Part shown: positions 49,501 to 60,259 of the stretch, in pieces
How the letters are laid out: each line of letters starts with the position of its first letter
Position numbering within the stretch: position 1 is the stretch's first letter
NCBI GenBank assembly: GCA_963842525.1
Contig: CAWJGT010000003.1
Span: 736,001-800,000, forward strand
Length of the DNA: 64,000 nucleotides
Source of the DNA: an uncultured Holophagales bacterium
GTDB lineage: Bacteria > Acidobacteriota > Thermoanaerobaculia > Multivoradales > UBA5704
Direction of reading: 5' to 3'
The notes under the pieces: model-generated
Told to the model about the DNA's origin: nothing
Seen by the model: the letters and a program-made list of their open reading frames with translations, nothing else
The model's database searches: none
Program-made: the position numbers and the translations under genes

Positions 49501-49782
49501 TCAGGATCTCCATTGATCCATATCGTTCCAGAAATCCGCGAGCAGTTGTGCTGGCGTCGTGAAGAGATACGGCGTCTGCTCTCCACCGATGTGTTTGTGA
49601 TCCCCCTTGCCGGGCTCATTGTCGTAGCGCAGCACACAAGCACCGTTCATCACGAAGGCAAGCCGGTACTTGAAGCCGTGCGTGCTGCCGAGCAAAGGCG
49701 AGGGTACCTGCCAAACCACCAGCTCCACGAAGGCGCCCTCAGAAACGACGCGGCGCTCACGGAGCAGCAGCGTCGCTTTCAT
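49501..49782 (-). CDS. DUF6516-family (TumE-like) toxin
   Basis: VVWQVP..HGFKYRL..LRYDNEPGKGDHKH..LLADF. Confidence 0.78.
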   Translation of the reverse strand: MKATLLLRERRVVSEGAFVELVVWQVPSPLLGSTHGFKYRLAFVMNGACVLRYDNEPGKGDHKHIGGEQTPYLFTTPAQLLADFWNDMDQWRS

Positions 49783-49833
49783 GTTGGAGAAAATAACAAC
49801 GCCCAGGGGTGGCTGTCAAGCGGATCAGCGAAG

Positions 49834-49896
49834 CCCTCACCCCCCTGGCCCCCTCTCCCGTGCGTCCCGCACCCCCCTCCCCGAACGGGAGAGGGG
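49834..49896. repeat. Half copy of the palindromic element
   Basis: CCCTCACCCCCCTGGCCCCCTCTCCCG...CGGGAGAGGGG; reverse complement resembles 18438-18502. Confidence 0.75.
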
Positions 49897-49908
49897 AAAC
49901 CAGGCAGG

Positions 49909-50736
49909 TCAGGAAAGGCCGATCTCGAGCTCGCGGCAAACCTCGGGCAGGATCAGCTCCGCTGGGGCGCGGATGCCCTGGACGCCTGGGACGGGCGGCG
50001 CGGCGGCTGGATCGATGGAGAGCACCGGCGTACGCCAGCCGAGCGCCTCCCGCAGCACGAGGTCGGTGATCCCCACCGAGAACGACGTGCCGGCGAAGAG
50101 AGCGAGAGCCATCCGCTCCACGGCGCTCCGCACCCGGCCGAAGCCATAGTCCACGTGCTCGTCGTAGGTTTCGTCGAAGAGCAGGGCGTGGGCACGCAGC
50201 AGAGCGCCGCAGCGGGGACAGCGGGGGAGGCTCTCGCGCACCGGGTGGGTCCGGAAGGCGGAGAAGTCGGCCTCGGCTGCCGGCAGCGAGCCGTGGGGCG
50301 CACCCAGGGAACAGCCGTCGCGCGAGCAGCGCACCCGGTCCGCGGTGCCGTGCACCTTGACCAGCCGCTGCGATCCCGCCTGCTCGTGCAGGGTGTCGAC
50401 GTTCTGGGTGACCAGGAGGAAGTCGCCGCCGCGGCCGACCTGCCAGCGCTCGAGGGCGGTGATGGCCCGGTGGGCCGGATTAGGCTTCGCGTCCAGGAGC
50501 CCGTCGAAGCTGCGCAGGAACCACTGCCACCAGCCGACCGGGTCGCGCTGGAAATAGCGGATCGTGCCGATCTCGGTGACGTCGCGCTTCCAGATCGCGT
50601 CCGGATCGGTGCCGCGGAAGAGGGGAAGGCCGCTCGCCGCGCTCACGCCGGCCCCGGTGACCACCAGGATCAGACCGTTGCCGGCCTTGCGGCAGGATTC
50701 GGAAATCCGGCGAACGTCCCGAACGTCCCCTTCCAT
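49909..50736 (-). CDS. Sir2/CobB NAD-dependent deacylase
   Basis: TGAGVSAASGLPLFRG, PNPAH, TQNVDTLHEQAG, VHG, Zn-binding Cys pairs, GTS. Confidence 0.9.
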   Translation of the reverse strand: MEGDVRDVRRISESCRKAGNGLILVVTGAGVSAASGLPLFRGTDPDAIWKRDVTEIGTIRYFQRDPVGWWQWFLRSFDGLLDAKPNPAHRAITALERWQVGRGGDFLLVTQNVDTLHEQAGSQRLVKVHGTADRVRCSRDGCSLGAPHGSLPAAEADFSAFRTHPVRESLPRCPRCGALLRAHALLFDETYDEHVDYGFGRVRSAVERMALALFAGTSFSVGITDLVLREALGWRTPVLSIDPAAAPPVPGVQGIRAPAELILPEVCRELEIGLS

Positions 50737-50762
50737 GCCGCGGCAGGATAGCATTGGGTGCG

Positions 50763-52073
50763 GTGAAGGCTTCCACTCTCGACGAGCTCGTTCTCCTTCC
50801 GGAGCCGCTGGCGATCCAGCGCCAGTACGACGCCAAGAACTATCGCGTCTTCCGCTGGCTGCTCGTCCCCTGCCTGATCATGCTGCTGGTCGGGATCGGC
50901 ACGGCCCTCCACGAGCGCTGGGCCGTTGCGCTGGTCTTCTACATCGTCGAGCTGGTGTTCACGCTGGCGATCCTCGCCGCCCGGGATACGCAGCTCGTCC
51001 AGAAGTGGTTCCGGCAGGTCCTGATCTGCTGGCTCGCCTTCGCCATCCTCGTCATCAAGGTGGCCAGCCTGTCCGACGATCCCGGCAATGCCGCGAATTG
51101 GAGTGGGGCATTCTTCACCGCTGCCGTCGTGTTGGTGCTCTTCCGGCTGCGTTTCTCCGAGCAGATCATCCTGTACGGCGCGAACTGGCTGGCCGCCGAG
51201 CTGCCCTCGTTCAACGAGGTGGTGCCGCTGACCGTGGTGTCGGTGCTCGGCCTGGTTGCCTCCTTCGTGTTCACGCAGGTCGAGAAGCGCCGCTTCCTCG
51301 CCGGCTGGCGCCGCGAGCACGGGCGGGCCAAGGAACGGCAGCGGATGCGGGAGGAGATCGACACGGCGCGCCGGATCCAGCTCAGCATGCTGCCCCAGGG
51401 CTCGCCGGACCTGGACTGGATCGAGATCGCTGCGGCCTCGCTCCCGGCCACCGAAGTGGGTGGCGACTACTACGACTACTTCCGCCTCTCGCCGTCGCAG
51501 CTCGCCCTGGTGGTCGGGGACGTGGCCGGCCACGGCCTGGCAAGCGGGCTCCTCCTTTCCGGAGTGAGGAGCTGCCTCTATCTCCTGGAAAAGGACCTCG
51601 GCTCGCCCATCGAGGTGCTGGACCGGCTCAACCACATGGTGCAGCGGACCACCGACCGGCGGACCTATGTGACCCTGCTCTGCGCCGTGCTCGACCGGAC
51701 GGCTGACGGCATTCACCTGAGCCTGGCCACCGCCGGCCACCCGCCGGCCCTCCACCTCGGCCGCGGCCGTTGCGAGGCCCTCGGCAACGGCGCACCGCCG
51801 CTCGGCACCTTCCTGGACACCAACTACGAGTTGGTGAGCCGTCCCTTGCTGCCGCGCGACGTGCTCGTCTTCTACACCGACGGGCTGGTCGAGGCGCGCA
51901 ACGCCCAGGGCCAGGATTACGGCGACGCCCGCCTGGAACGGGCCGTGGCGCGGGCCGCAGAGAAGGGGTCCGCCCGCGAGATCCGCGACGCCGTGCTCGG
52001 CGACCTCTCGAACTTCAAAGGCGACTCCGAGCAGGCGGACGACATCACCGTGGTGGTGGCGCGGCTGCGGTAG
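50763..52073 (+). CDS. Membrane-bound PP2C/SpoIIE phosphatase
   Basis: N-terminal TMs; VGGDYYD, GDVAGHG, AGHPP, YTDGLVE, DDIT. Confidence 0.92.
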   Translation: MKASTLDELVLLPEPLAIQRQYDAKNYRVFRWLLVPCLIMLLVGIGTALHERWAVALVFYIVELVFTLAILAARDTQLVQKWFRQVLICWLAFAILVIKVASLSDDPGNAANWSGAFFTAAVVLVLFRLRFSEQIILYGANWLAAELPSFNEVVPLTVVSVLGLVASFVFTQVEKRRFLAGWRREHGRAKERQRMREEIDTARRIQLSMLPQGSPDLDWIEIAAASLPATEVGGDYYDYFRLSPSQLALVVGDVAGHGLASGLLLSGVRSCLYLLEKDLGSPIEVLDRLNHMVQRTTDRRTYVTLLCAVLDRTADGIHLSLATAGHPPALHLGRGRCEALGNGAPPLGTFLDTNYELVSRPLLPRDVLVFYTDGLVEARNAQGQDYGDARLERAVARAAEKGSAREIRDAVLGDLSNFKGDSEQADDITVVVARLR

Positions 52074-52161
52074 GGGTTTTATTCGGGATGCCGCCGGGCG
52101 GACGCAGTCTCGGAAAACCCGCCAAGCTCGCCGGGGGGAGGGGGAGAGCGTTCAGAGTGGG

Positions 52162-52669
52162 TTATTGAGCCAGCCGTGCAGCGGCACGGCGAGCCGCCTC
52201 GAAAAGGAGCTCGGGCTCACGGCGAGACCGCATCCAGGTCACTGGAGTCTCTCCATCGAGCACGTCCTGGGGTGTTACGAACCAGGATGCAATGGTGTAA
52301 GGGGTTTCAACAGCTCCTGCGAAAAGGTGGAGAATGCGCTGGATCTCTGGAAATGGCCGCCCGTTTCGGCCAAACTGGAAGGCTGGATAGAGCTTGCGGC
52401 CGCCTGAGCCATCGAGGGCCAGGAGTCGTCCCCGCCGGGCGAGATCGCTCACGGCTTGTCGGCTGCCGACCCCCAGAACGACCTTGGCCTGCTCCATCTC
52501 GAAGAGCGGTCCGAGGTGTCCTTTCCAGGCCAGCTCCGTCGCTGCCATCAACGCCGCCCGGCGGCCGAGCGTCTTGGGATCGCGGAGCTCCCGGAGAGTC
52601 CTCGGGGAGTCGAAGCTCCAGAAGAGTTTCTTCGAAAGCTCGGGCGGCGGCTGCGAGCGCCTTCGACAT
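52162..52669 (-). CDS. MbcA/Xre-like antitoxin (frameshift near 52590), RES toxin missing
   Basis: MSKALAAAARAF.. joined to GSRQAVSDLARRGRLL..YPAFQF..IASWFVTPQDVLDGETP. Confidence 0.65.
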
Positions 52670-52795
52670 GAAGCCAGTCTAGGAGTTCCCGTCAAGTCCG
52701 TCAAGAGCGCCTCCGGAGAGCCGGAGAGTCCCGCGCTGCGAGAGGCTCTGATGGTAAGTTATGCCCCGCTTGGCAGGTGACTCCAGGAGGTCCCG

Positions 52796-55712
52796 ATGCG
52801 TCGTTTCGTTCTCTTCGCTCTCTTGATGCTGGTGTGGGCTTGGACGCCCCTGAACGCCCAGGTGGCGGAAGCCCCAGAGGAGCAAATCCCGCCGCCGGCC
52901 TCTCCGGCCGCTCAGCCGGCCGAGGACTATGCCCCTGACCAACCCGAGCCGGGGAGCGTGGAGAAGATCCGGGAGCACACGACGGCTCCGGAGTTCCTTT
53001 CGGCGCCGGTGTCCTATGTGCCGGAGTCGGACACCGTGCCGTCGCCCGGGGACGTGCTGGGCCGGATCGTGGGGACGCCGGACGAGCTGAGCAAGGTCGC
53101 CGAGGTGCATGGCTACTTCCGGCGGCTCGACGAGGCGAGCGACCGGGTGCAGGTGCGGACGATCGGCACCACCGAGGAGGGGCGGGAGATCCTGCTCGCC
53201 CTGATCTCCGACCCCGAGAATCTCGCCTCCCTGGATCGCTTCAAGGACATCACCGCCCGCCTCGCCGACCCGCGCCGGACCTCCCGCGACGAGGCACGGC
53301 AGCTCGCCGGCGAAGGAAAGGTCCTCTACCACCTGATCGGCGGCCTGCACTCCACTGAGACCGGCAGCCCCGAGATGCTCATGGAGCTGGCCTACCGCCT
53401 CGCCGTGTCCGAACGCCCCGAGATCCAGGAGATCCGGCGCGAAACGGTCGTCCTCGTGACCCCGGTCATGGAGCCGGACGGCCGCGACCGCATGGTCGAG
53501 TGGTACTACCGCCACCTCAAGGGGAAGAAGCTGCCGTATGAGGAGCTGCGGGAATTCAGCGCGCCGCCCTACTGGGGGCACTACGCCCACCACGACAACA
53601 ACCGGGACGGCATGCAGCGCGCTCTCGCCCTCACACGGGCCCTCCACGGCGCCTACTACGAATTCCATCCGCAGGTGATGCACGACCTCCACGAGTCCGT
53701 GCCGCTGCTCTACATCATGACCGGCTACGGGCCCTACAACCGGGCAATCGACCCGGTGACCATCAGCGAGTGGACGCAGCTCGGCTTCCACGAGGCGGGC
53801 GAGCTGGCGGCCCTGGGTCTGCCCGGCGTCTGGACCTTCGGATTCTTCGACGGCTGGTGGCCCGGCTATCTCACCTCCGTCGCCAATCTTCATCACTCGA
53901 TCGGCCGCTTCTACGAGACCTTCGGCAACAGCCTGCCGGGGACCTATGAGCGCGACCTGTCCGAATCGAAGTACCTCGGCAAGCCGGTGACCGACGTCCA
54001 GTGGTACCGCCCCTGGCCGCCGGGCAAGAAGGTGACCTGGTCGCTGCGCAACAACACCAACTACATGGAGTCCGGCGTGCTCCAGGCCCTGGAGTACGCG
54101 GCGCGCCACCGGCGGGAGCTGCTGGAGAACTTCTGGGTCAAGGGGAACCGCGCCCTGGAGAAAGGGCGGACCGAGGCTCCCTACGCCTGGGCCTTTGCGC
54201 CCACGCAGCGCGACCCCGGGCGCCTCGCCTATCTGGTCGAGCAGCTCCGCGGCCAGGGGATCGAGGTCCACCGCCTGACCGCCGGCCTGACGGCCGGCGG
54301 CAAGAACTGGCCGGCGGGCAGCTACATCGTCCGCATGGACCAGCCGGCCCGCAACGCCGCGGTCAACCTCCTGGAGGAGCAGAAGTTCCCGGCCGACGAG
54401 CCGAACCCGCCGTACGACGACGTGGCCTGGACCTGGCCGCTCCTCTACGGTGTCGAGGGCGCAAAGGTCGACGACCGCAAGGTGCTCGACGCGCCCATGG
54501 AGCCGGTCACCACGGCGGCCGAGGTCTCTCCTGGCACGGTCGAGGGCACGGGTGACACCTTTCTCCTGCGCGACACCGGCCAGAACGCCCTTCTCCAGGC
54601 GCGCCTCCTGCTGGGGGCTCACCAGGTGGATGCTGCCGAGGTTACTTTCGAAGCCGGCGGGGTCTCGTATCCGGCCGGGAGCTGGATCGTCCAGGCGCCG
54701 CGCGAGGCGGTCGAGGAGATCGCGGCGCGGCTGGGGCTGTCGTTCCGTGCCACGGCCGCCCTGCCCGAGGTGCGCCGGCACGTGGTGGACCTGCCGCGCG
54801 TCGGCCTGCTCCATACCTGGACCTCCACCCAGGAAGCCGGCTGGGCACGCTATACGCTCGACCAGGAGAAGCTGCCGTATACGTCGCTGAGCGACGCGGA
54901 CCTGCGGCGCGGCGGGCTCGAAGAGCGCTTCGACGTCATCCTCTTCCCCAACAGCGGCGGGAGCTTTGCGCGGATCGTCCATGGCATCGACCCGAAGTAC
55001 GGGCCGCTCGCCTACACCACGACGCCGGAGTTCCCCAGCCATGGCATCCCGGACGCCGCGGAGGACATCACCGGCGGCATGGGGTTCGAAGGGCTCGGTA
55101 ACCTCCAGCGGTTCGTGGAGCGCGGCGGCGTGCTGGTCGCGCTGGCCAATGCCGGGACCCTGCCGGTCGACGGCGGGATGCTGCGGGAGGTCGAGCGCGT
55201 GCCGCCGGGCGGCTTCAACACCCCGGGCTCGGAGGTGCGCGCCAAGCTGCTGCGGCCGGAGCATCCGATCGCCTACGGCTATGAGGAGCGCACCAGCGTC
55301 TTCCGTGGCAACGGTCCGCTGTGGGACGTGGACAAGCGCCACCGCGGCCTGGTGGTGGTCCAGTTCGGGACCAAGAAGGTCGAGACCGGACGAGGAGAAG
55401 AAGGCCGAGGAGCCCGAGGAGGAGCAGAGCGAGGACATCGAGGAAGAGGACATCGACGATTCGCCCGAGGCCGGGACCGCGATGCCCGAGGCCAAGCCGA
55501 AGGCGGACGAAAAGGAGGACAAGCGGCTGGTGCTCTCCGGCTTCGTGCGCGGCGAGGATGTGGTCGACGGCAAGCCGGCCATCCTCGACGTGCCGGTGGG
55601 GCAGGGAAGGGTGATCCTCTTCGCCTTCAACCCCCTGCACCGCCACCTCAATCACTCGGACTTCCGATTCGTCTACAACGTCCTGCTGAACTGGAACGAC
55701 CTGCCGCGGTGA
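52796..55712 (+). CDS. Secreted M14 zinc carboxypeptidase-like protein (frameshift near 55388)
   Basis: Signal peptide; GLHSTE, HDNNRD, HDLHE; C-terminal frame GRVILFAFNPLHR..YNVLLNW. Confidence 0.88.
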
Positions 55713-57409
55713 GCGAGCCCGTCTCCCCGGAGGCCCCCCCGGTCCTAGTCCCCAACCCCGGCCGCGGCGGCGCCATTGCCGTCGCCCTCGGTATCCTTGC
55801 CTCGCGGCTGATCGGGTTCGTGCGCGACCGGGCGATCGGCCACTTCTTCGGCATCGGCCCGCACGCCGACGTCTGGCGGGCAGCGTTGCGCGCGCCCAAC
55901 GCCCTGCAGAACCTCCTGGGCGAGGGGACCCTGTCGGCCGCCTTCATCCCGATCTACTCGCGCCTGCTCAAGGAGGGGCGGGAGGAGGAGGCCGGGCGCT
56001 TCGCCGGTGCGGTCTTCGGGTTGCTCCTCGCTCTCGCCGGCTCCCTCGCCCTGCTCGGTGTCCTGCTCGCGCGGCCCATTGTGAAGGTCCTGGCGCTCGG
56101 CTTTGCCCTGGAAGAAGGCGGCGCCGTCGACCGCTTCGAGCTGACGGTCGCGGCGGTGCGCATCATCTTCCCGATGACCGCCGTCCTCGTCCTCTCGGCC
56201 TGGGCGCTGGGAGTGCTCAACAGCCACCGCCGGTTCTTCCTGCCCTACGTGGCGCCGGTCCTGTGGAGCGCGGCGATCATCGCGGCGCTGGTCTGGGCGG
56301 GCGGCTCGCGTCCGCCCGAGAGCCTCGCTCTCGCCGGCCTCGACCGCATCCTTTTCGCCGCCTGCTGGGGGGCCCTCGCCGGAGGGGGCCTCCAGCTTCT
56401 TGTGCAGCTCCCGCTCGTGCTGCGGCTGCTGCGCGGCTTCCGGATCTCCTTCTCGACCCGGGTCGAGGGGGTCCCGGAGGCGCTGCGGGCGTTCGGGCCC
56501 GTGCTGGCCGGGCGGGGCGCGGTGCAGCTCTCGGGCTATCTCGACATCTTCCTCGCCGGCTTCCTCGCGCCGGGCGCCGTGGGGGTGCTCGGCTACGCCC
56601 AGAACCTCTACATGCTCCCGGTGAGCCTCTTCGGGATGTCGGTCGCCGCGGCGGAGCTGCCCGAGCTGTCGCGGCTGCGGGCGTCCGGCGCGCGCGGGGA
56701 GGACACCGCCGGGACCGCTGCTGACCTCTTCGCGCGGGTGCGGCGGTCGCTGCGCCAGATCGCCTTCCTGAACGTCCCTACCCTGGTCGGCTATCTGGCC
56801 TTCGGCTTCCTCGTCATCGGAGCGGTCTACCGCACCGGCAAGTTCGAGGTGGCGGACAACTGGCTGACCTACCTGGTGCTCGCCGGCTACACGCTCGGCC
56901 TCCTCGCCTCGACCTCGAGCCGGCTGCTCCAGAACACGTTCTATGCCCTGGGCGACACCCGCGTGCCGGCCCGCATCGCCACTGTCCGGGTGGCGGCCTC
57001 GGCGGCGCTCGCCTGGCCGCTGATGACCTGGCTCGACCGCCATACCGTCTCCGAGCTGTTCGGCGCCGCCGACCCGGGCAGGGTCCTCCATCTTGGCGCC
57101 GTGGGGCTCGCCCTTGCCTCGGGCGTAGCCGCCTGGCTGGAGCTCTTCCTGCTGCGCAGGGCGCTCGCCCGGCGCTCGTCCGTCGCTTTCTTTCCCGGGC
57201 CGGAGATCGGCCGGATGATGCTGCTGGCCGGGGCGGCGGCCCTCGGCGCCGGATTGCTCTGGACGGTCCTGCCGCCTGCCCATGTCGCGCTCCAGGCCGC
57301 CCTGGTCGTCGGGCTCTACGCCGTGCTCTACCTCGCGCTCGCCCGCTGGCTCGCGCCCGAGGACCTGGGGTTCTGGATCGGCCGCTTCGGGCGGCGGCTG
57401 CGCCGTTGA
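55709..57409 (+). CDS. murJ: Lipid II flippase MurJ/MviN
   Basis: SRLIGFVRD, PNALQNLLGEGTLSAAFIP, LPVSLFG, FYALGDTRVP. Confidence 0.93.
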   Translation: MSEPVSPEAPPVLVPNPGRGGAIAVALGILASRLIGFVRDRAIGHFFGIGPHADVWRAALRAPNALQNLLGEGTLSAAFIPIYSRLLKEGREEEAGRFAGAVFGLLLALAGSLALLGVLLARPIVKVLALGFALEEGGAVDRFELTVAAVRIIFPMTAVLVLSAWALGVLNSHRRFFLPYVAPVLWSAAIIAALVWAGGSRPPESLALAGLDRILFAACWGALAGGGLQLLVQLPLVLRLLRGFRISFSTRVEGVPEALRAFGPVLAGRGAVQLSGYLDIFLAGFLAPGAVGVLGYAQNLYMLPVSLFGMSVAAAELPELSRLRASGARGEDTAGTAADLFARVRRSLRQIAFLNVPTLVGYLAFGFLVIGAVYRTGKFEVADNWLTYLVLAGYTLGLLASTSSRLLQNTFYALGDTRVPARIATVRVAASAALAWPLMTWLDRHTVSELFGAADPGRVLHLGAVGLALASGVAAWLELFLLRRALARRSSVAFFPGPEIGRMMLLAGAAALGAGLLWTVLPPAHVALQAALVVGLYAVLYLALARWLAPEDLGFWIGRFGRRLRR

Positions 57410-57472
57410 GGCACTTCCCAGGAGACGGCTTCCCGGTTAGACTCGGAGCACTTTCCGACCGCGTGGAGCTTC

Positions 57473-59296
57473 GTGCAGCACAAGACCACTGAGCAGAGCG
57501 AGCCGCTGGCCGTCCAGGAGATCCGGTTCTCCGAGGAGGAGCTGCGCCATCGCCTTCATATCGCCGACCTGCTGGCCCGGCTGGAGATGGCCGAATCGGC
57601 GGAACGGCGTTCGGCGTTCCTTGCCGAGGCGAGCGCCCTTCTGGCCTCCTCGCTCGACTACGAGGCGACGCTCTCCAGCCTGGCCCGCCTGACCGTCCCC
57701 TTCGTCGCCGACTACTGCATCCTCTACGAGCTGCAGGAGGGCCGTGAGGTCCGCCAGGTGGCGACCGCGCACGTGGACCCGGAGAAGGAGGAGCTGCTCG
57801 AGAGGCTCGGCCGCCTCTATCACCCGACGCTCGACAACCCGGCCAGCCCGGCCGCGGGCGTCATCCGGACCGGGACCCCGCGGTTTTCCGCAGATCCGAG
57901 CCCGGAGACAGCGTACGCGGTGACAGAGGACCACCAGGTCCTGGCGATCTACGAGCAGCTCCAGCCCCGCTCCTGGATGGTGCTGCCGCTCAGCATCCGC
58001 GGCCAGACTTTCGGCGCCCTCTTCCTTGCCACGTCCGACTCGGGCCGGACCTTCGGCGAGACCGAGATGCGGCTCGGCCGGGAGCTGGCCACCCGGGCCG
58101 CCGTTGCGATGGACAACTCGCGCCTGTATCGCGAGGCCCGCCGGGCCAATGCCTCAAAAGACCAGTTCCTCGCCGCCTTGAGCCACGAGCTGCGCACCCC
58201 GCTGGCGCCAGTCCTGGCGGTGATCTCTTCCATGGAGAGCGACGAGAAGCTGCGCCGGGAGATCGGCCGCGAGCTCTCCATGGTGCGGCGCAACGTGGAG
58301 CTCGAGGCCCGGCTGATCGACGACTTGCTGGACCTGACCCGCATCGCCCGCGGCAAGCTCGAGCTGTGCTGCCAGAGCGCCGACCTGCGCCAGATTGCGG
58401 GCCATGCCTTGCAGAGCTGCGACGCCCAGGAGGTGCAGAGGAAGCGGCTGTGCTTCGTGATCGACCTCGAGGCCTCGGAGCACGCGGTCTGGGGCGACCC
58501 GCCGCGCCTGACCCAGGTCTTCTGGAACCTCCTCAAGAACGCCGTCAAGTTCACTCCGGAGGGAGGCACGATTCAGGTCCGCTCGCGCTGCGGAGCGGAG
58601 GAGCTCGCCGTCGAGATCTCGGACACCGGGATCGGCATCGCGCCGGACGTGCTGCCGCGCATCTTCGACGCCTTCGAGCAGGCCGACCCCGCAATCACCC
58701 GCCACTTCGGCGGGCTGGGGCTCGGGCTGGCCATCAGCAAGGCGATCGTGGAGCTGCACGGAGGGCGCCTCCAGGCGGCCAGCCCGGGGCGCGGGCAGGG
58801 AGCCACCTTCACCATCCATCTACCGCTCGCCGGGGCTCGGGCGGAGGACCCGCCCCTGCGGCAGCCCCCCATCAGGGAGCCGCGGCCGGCCGCGGTGGAG
58901 GGCCCCCTGCGCATCCTGCTGGTCGAGGACCACGCCGACACCGCGGAGGCCATGGCCGAGCTGCTGACGATCCTGGGGCACCAGGTCACCGTGGCGATGG
59001 ACGTGGCGTCCGGCCGGGCCGCGGCCGAGGGTGCCGTGGCAGGGCCCGGCCTGGACCTGGTGATCAGCGACATCGGGCTGCCGGACGGCACCGGTTTCGA
59101 CCTGATGCGCGAGCTGTCCGGCAGCCATGGGCTGCGCGGGATCGCCCTCTCGGGCTACGGCACCGAGGAGGACATCCAGAAGAGCCTGGAGGCCGGTTTC
59201 CTCCGGCACCTCACCAAACCGATCGACCTGGGACGCTTGCGCGAGGTCCTCCGCGAGCTCAGCCCGCTTTCCTCCGGGATCCCACCGAGCCCCTGA
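57473..59296 (+). CDS. Hybrid GAF-HisKA-HATPase-REC histidine kinase
   Basis: GAF region, SHELRTPL, NAVKFT, DTGIGI, GGLGLGL, LVEDH, ISDIGLPD, KP. Confidence 0.93.
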   Translation: MQHKTTEQSEPLAVQEIRFSEEELRHRLHIADLLARLEMAESAERRSAFLAEASALLASSLDYEATLSSLARLTVPFVADYCILYELQEGREVRQVATAHVDPEKEELLERLGRLYHPTLDNPASPAAGVIRTGTPRFSADPSPETAYAVTEDHQVLAIYEQLQPRSWMVLPLSIRGQTFGALFLATSDSGRTFGETEMRLGRELATRAAVAMDNSRLYREARRANASKDQFLAALSHELRTPLAPVLAVISSMESDEKLRREIGRELSMVRRNVELEARLIDDLLDLTRIARGKLELCCQSADLRQIAGHALQSCDAQEVQRKRLCFVIDLEASEHAVWGDPPRLTQVFWNLLKNAVKFTPEGGTIQVRSRCGAEELAVEISDTGIGIAPDVLPRIFDAFEQADPAITRHFGGLGLGLAISKAIVELHGGRLQAASPGRGQGATFTIHLPLAGARAEDPPLRQPPIREPRPAAVEGPLRILLVEDHADTAEAMAELLTILGHQVTVAMDVASGRAAAEGAVAGPGLDLVISDIGLPDGTGFDLMRELSGSHGLRGIALSGYGTEEDIQKSLEAGFLRHLTKPIDLGRLREVLRELSPLSSGIPPSP

Positions 59297-59305
59297 GGGG
59301 GCCGT

Positions 59306-60259
59306 TCAGCGCTCGACGGCGGGCCAGGGCGTGCCGGTGACCTCCTCCCACAGGCCCTGGAGGTCCGCCGGGACCGGCGCCTCGAAGGCAAGAGGCCGGC
59401 CGTCCCGTGGGTGCTGGAAGGAGAGCCGCCAGGCGTGGAGGGCCGGCCGCGGGAAGTCGCGCAGAGGGGCCTGGACGGAGCGGGGAAGGCCCTTCCAGCG
59501 GGCCTCGCCATAGACCGGGTCGCCGACCAGCGGGTGCCCGGCGTTCTTCATGTGGACCCGGATCTGGTGGGTGCGTCCAGTGGCGAGCTCCAGCTCCACG
59601 AGGGCGATCCCGGCATGATGAGCCAGCGTCCGGTAGCCGGTGCGCGCCGGCCGCCCCCTGGGCCTCACGGCCATCTCCGTGCGCCGCTGGGGGTGGCGGC
59701 CGATCGGTGCCTCGATCGTGCCGGACGGGGGCTCGGGCGCGCCGTAGACGATCGCGAGATAGCGCTTGTCCACCTGCCGTTCCGCGAAGGCGCGCGCCAG
59801 CCGGACGTGGGCGGCGGCCGTGCGCGCCACCACCAGGACGCCGCTCGTCCCCTGATCGAGCCGGTGGACGATCCCCGGCCGGCCCGGGCCGCCGACGCCG
59901 GCCATCTCCGGATAGCGGGCGAGGAGGTGGTGGGCGAGCGTGCCGCTGGCGCGGCCGGCCCCGGGGTGGACCGTGAGGCCCGCCGGCTTGTCGAGCACCA
60001 CCACGTCTGCGTCCTCGTAGAGGACCGCAAGCTCGCCCGGCTCGGGCTGGACGCGCTCTTCGCGCGGCTCGGGAGGATTGCATTCGATGCGGTCGCCCGC
60101 GGCGAGGGCGGCCGACGGCTTGGCCTCCCGGTCGTTGAGGCGCACCAGGCCGTCGCGGATCCACGTCTGGACCTGGTTGCGGGGGAGGTCGAGCTGGGAC
60201 GCGACGTGCCGGTCGAGCCGCTCGCCGGCCGCGGCGTCGTCGACGGTCCAGACCCTCAC
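59306..60259 (-). CDS. rluD: RluA/RluD-family 23S rRNA pseudouridine synthase (start GTG 60259 or ATG 60277)
   Basis: S4 domain GERLD; DKPAGLTVHPG, GIVHRLDQGTSG, TGRTHQIRVH, LHA. Confidence 0.9.
   Translation of the reverse strand: MRVWTVDDAAAGERLDRHVASQLDLPRNQVQTWIRDGLVRLNDREAKPSAALAAGDRIECNPPEPREERVQPEPGELAVLYEDADVVVLDKPAGLTVHPGAGRASGTLAHHLLARYPEMAGVGGPGRPGIVHRLDQGTSGVLVVARTAAAHVRLARAFAERQVDKRYLAIVYGAPEPPSGTIEAPIGRHPQRRTEMAVRPRGRPARTGYRTLAHHAGIALVELELATGRTHQIRVHMKNAGHPLVGDPVYGEARWKGLPRSVQAPLRDFPRPALHAWRLSFQHPRDGRPLAFEAPVPADLQGLWEEVTGTPWPAVER

Noticed and set aside
52796-57409. 1537-aa carboxypeptidase-MurJ fusion ORF
   Set aside because: Artefact of the frameshift near 55388; the peptidase C-terminus is in another frame ending at 55712 and murJ starts at GTG 55709.
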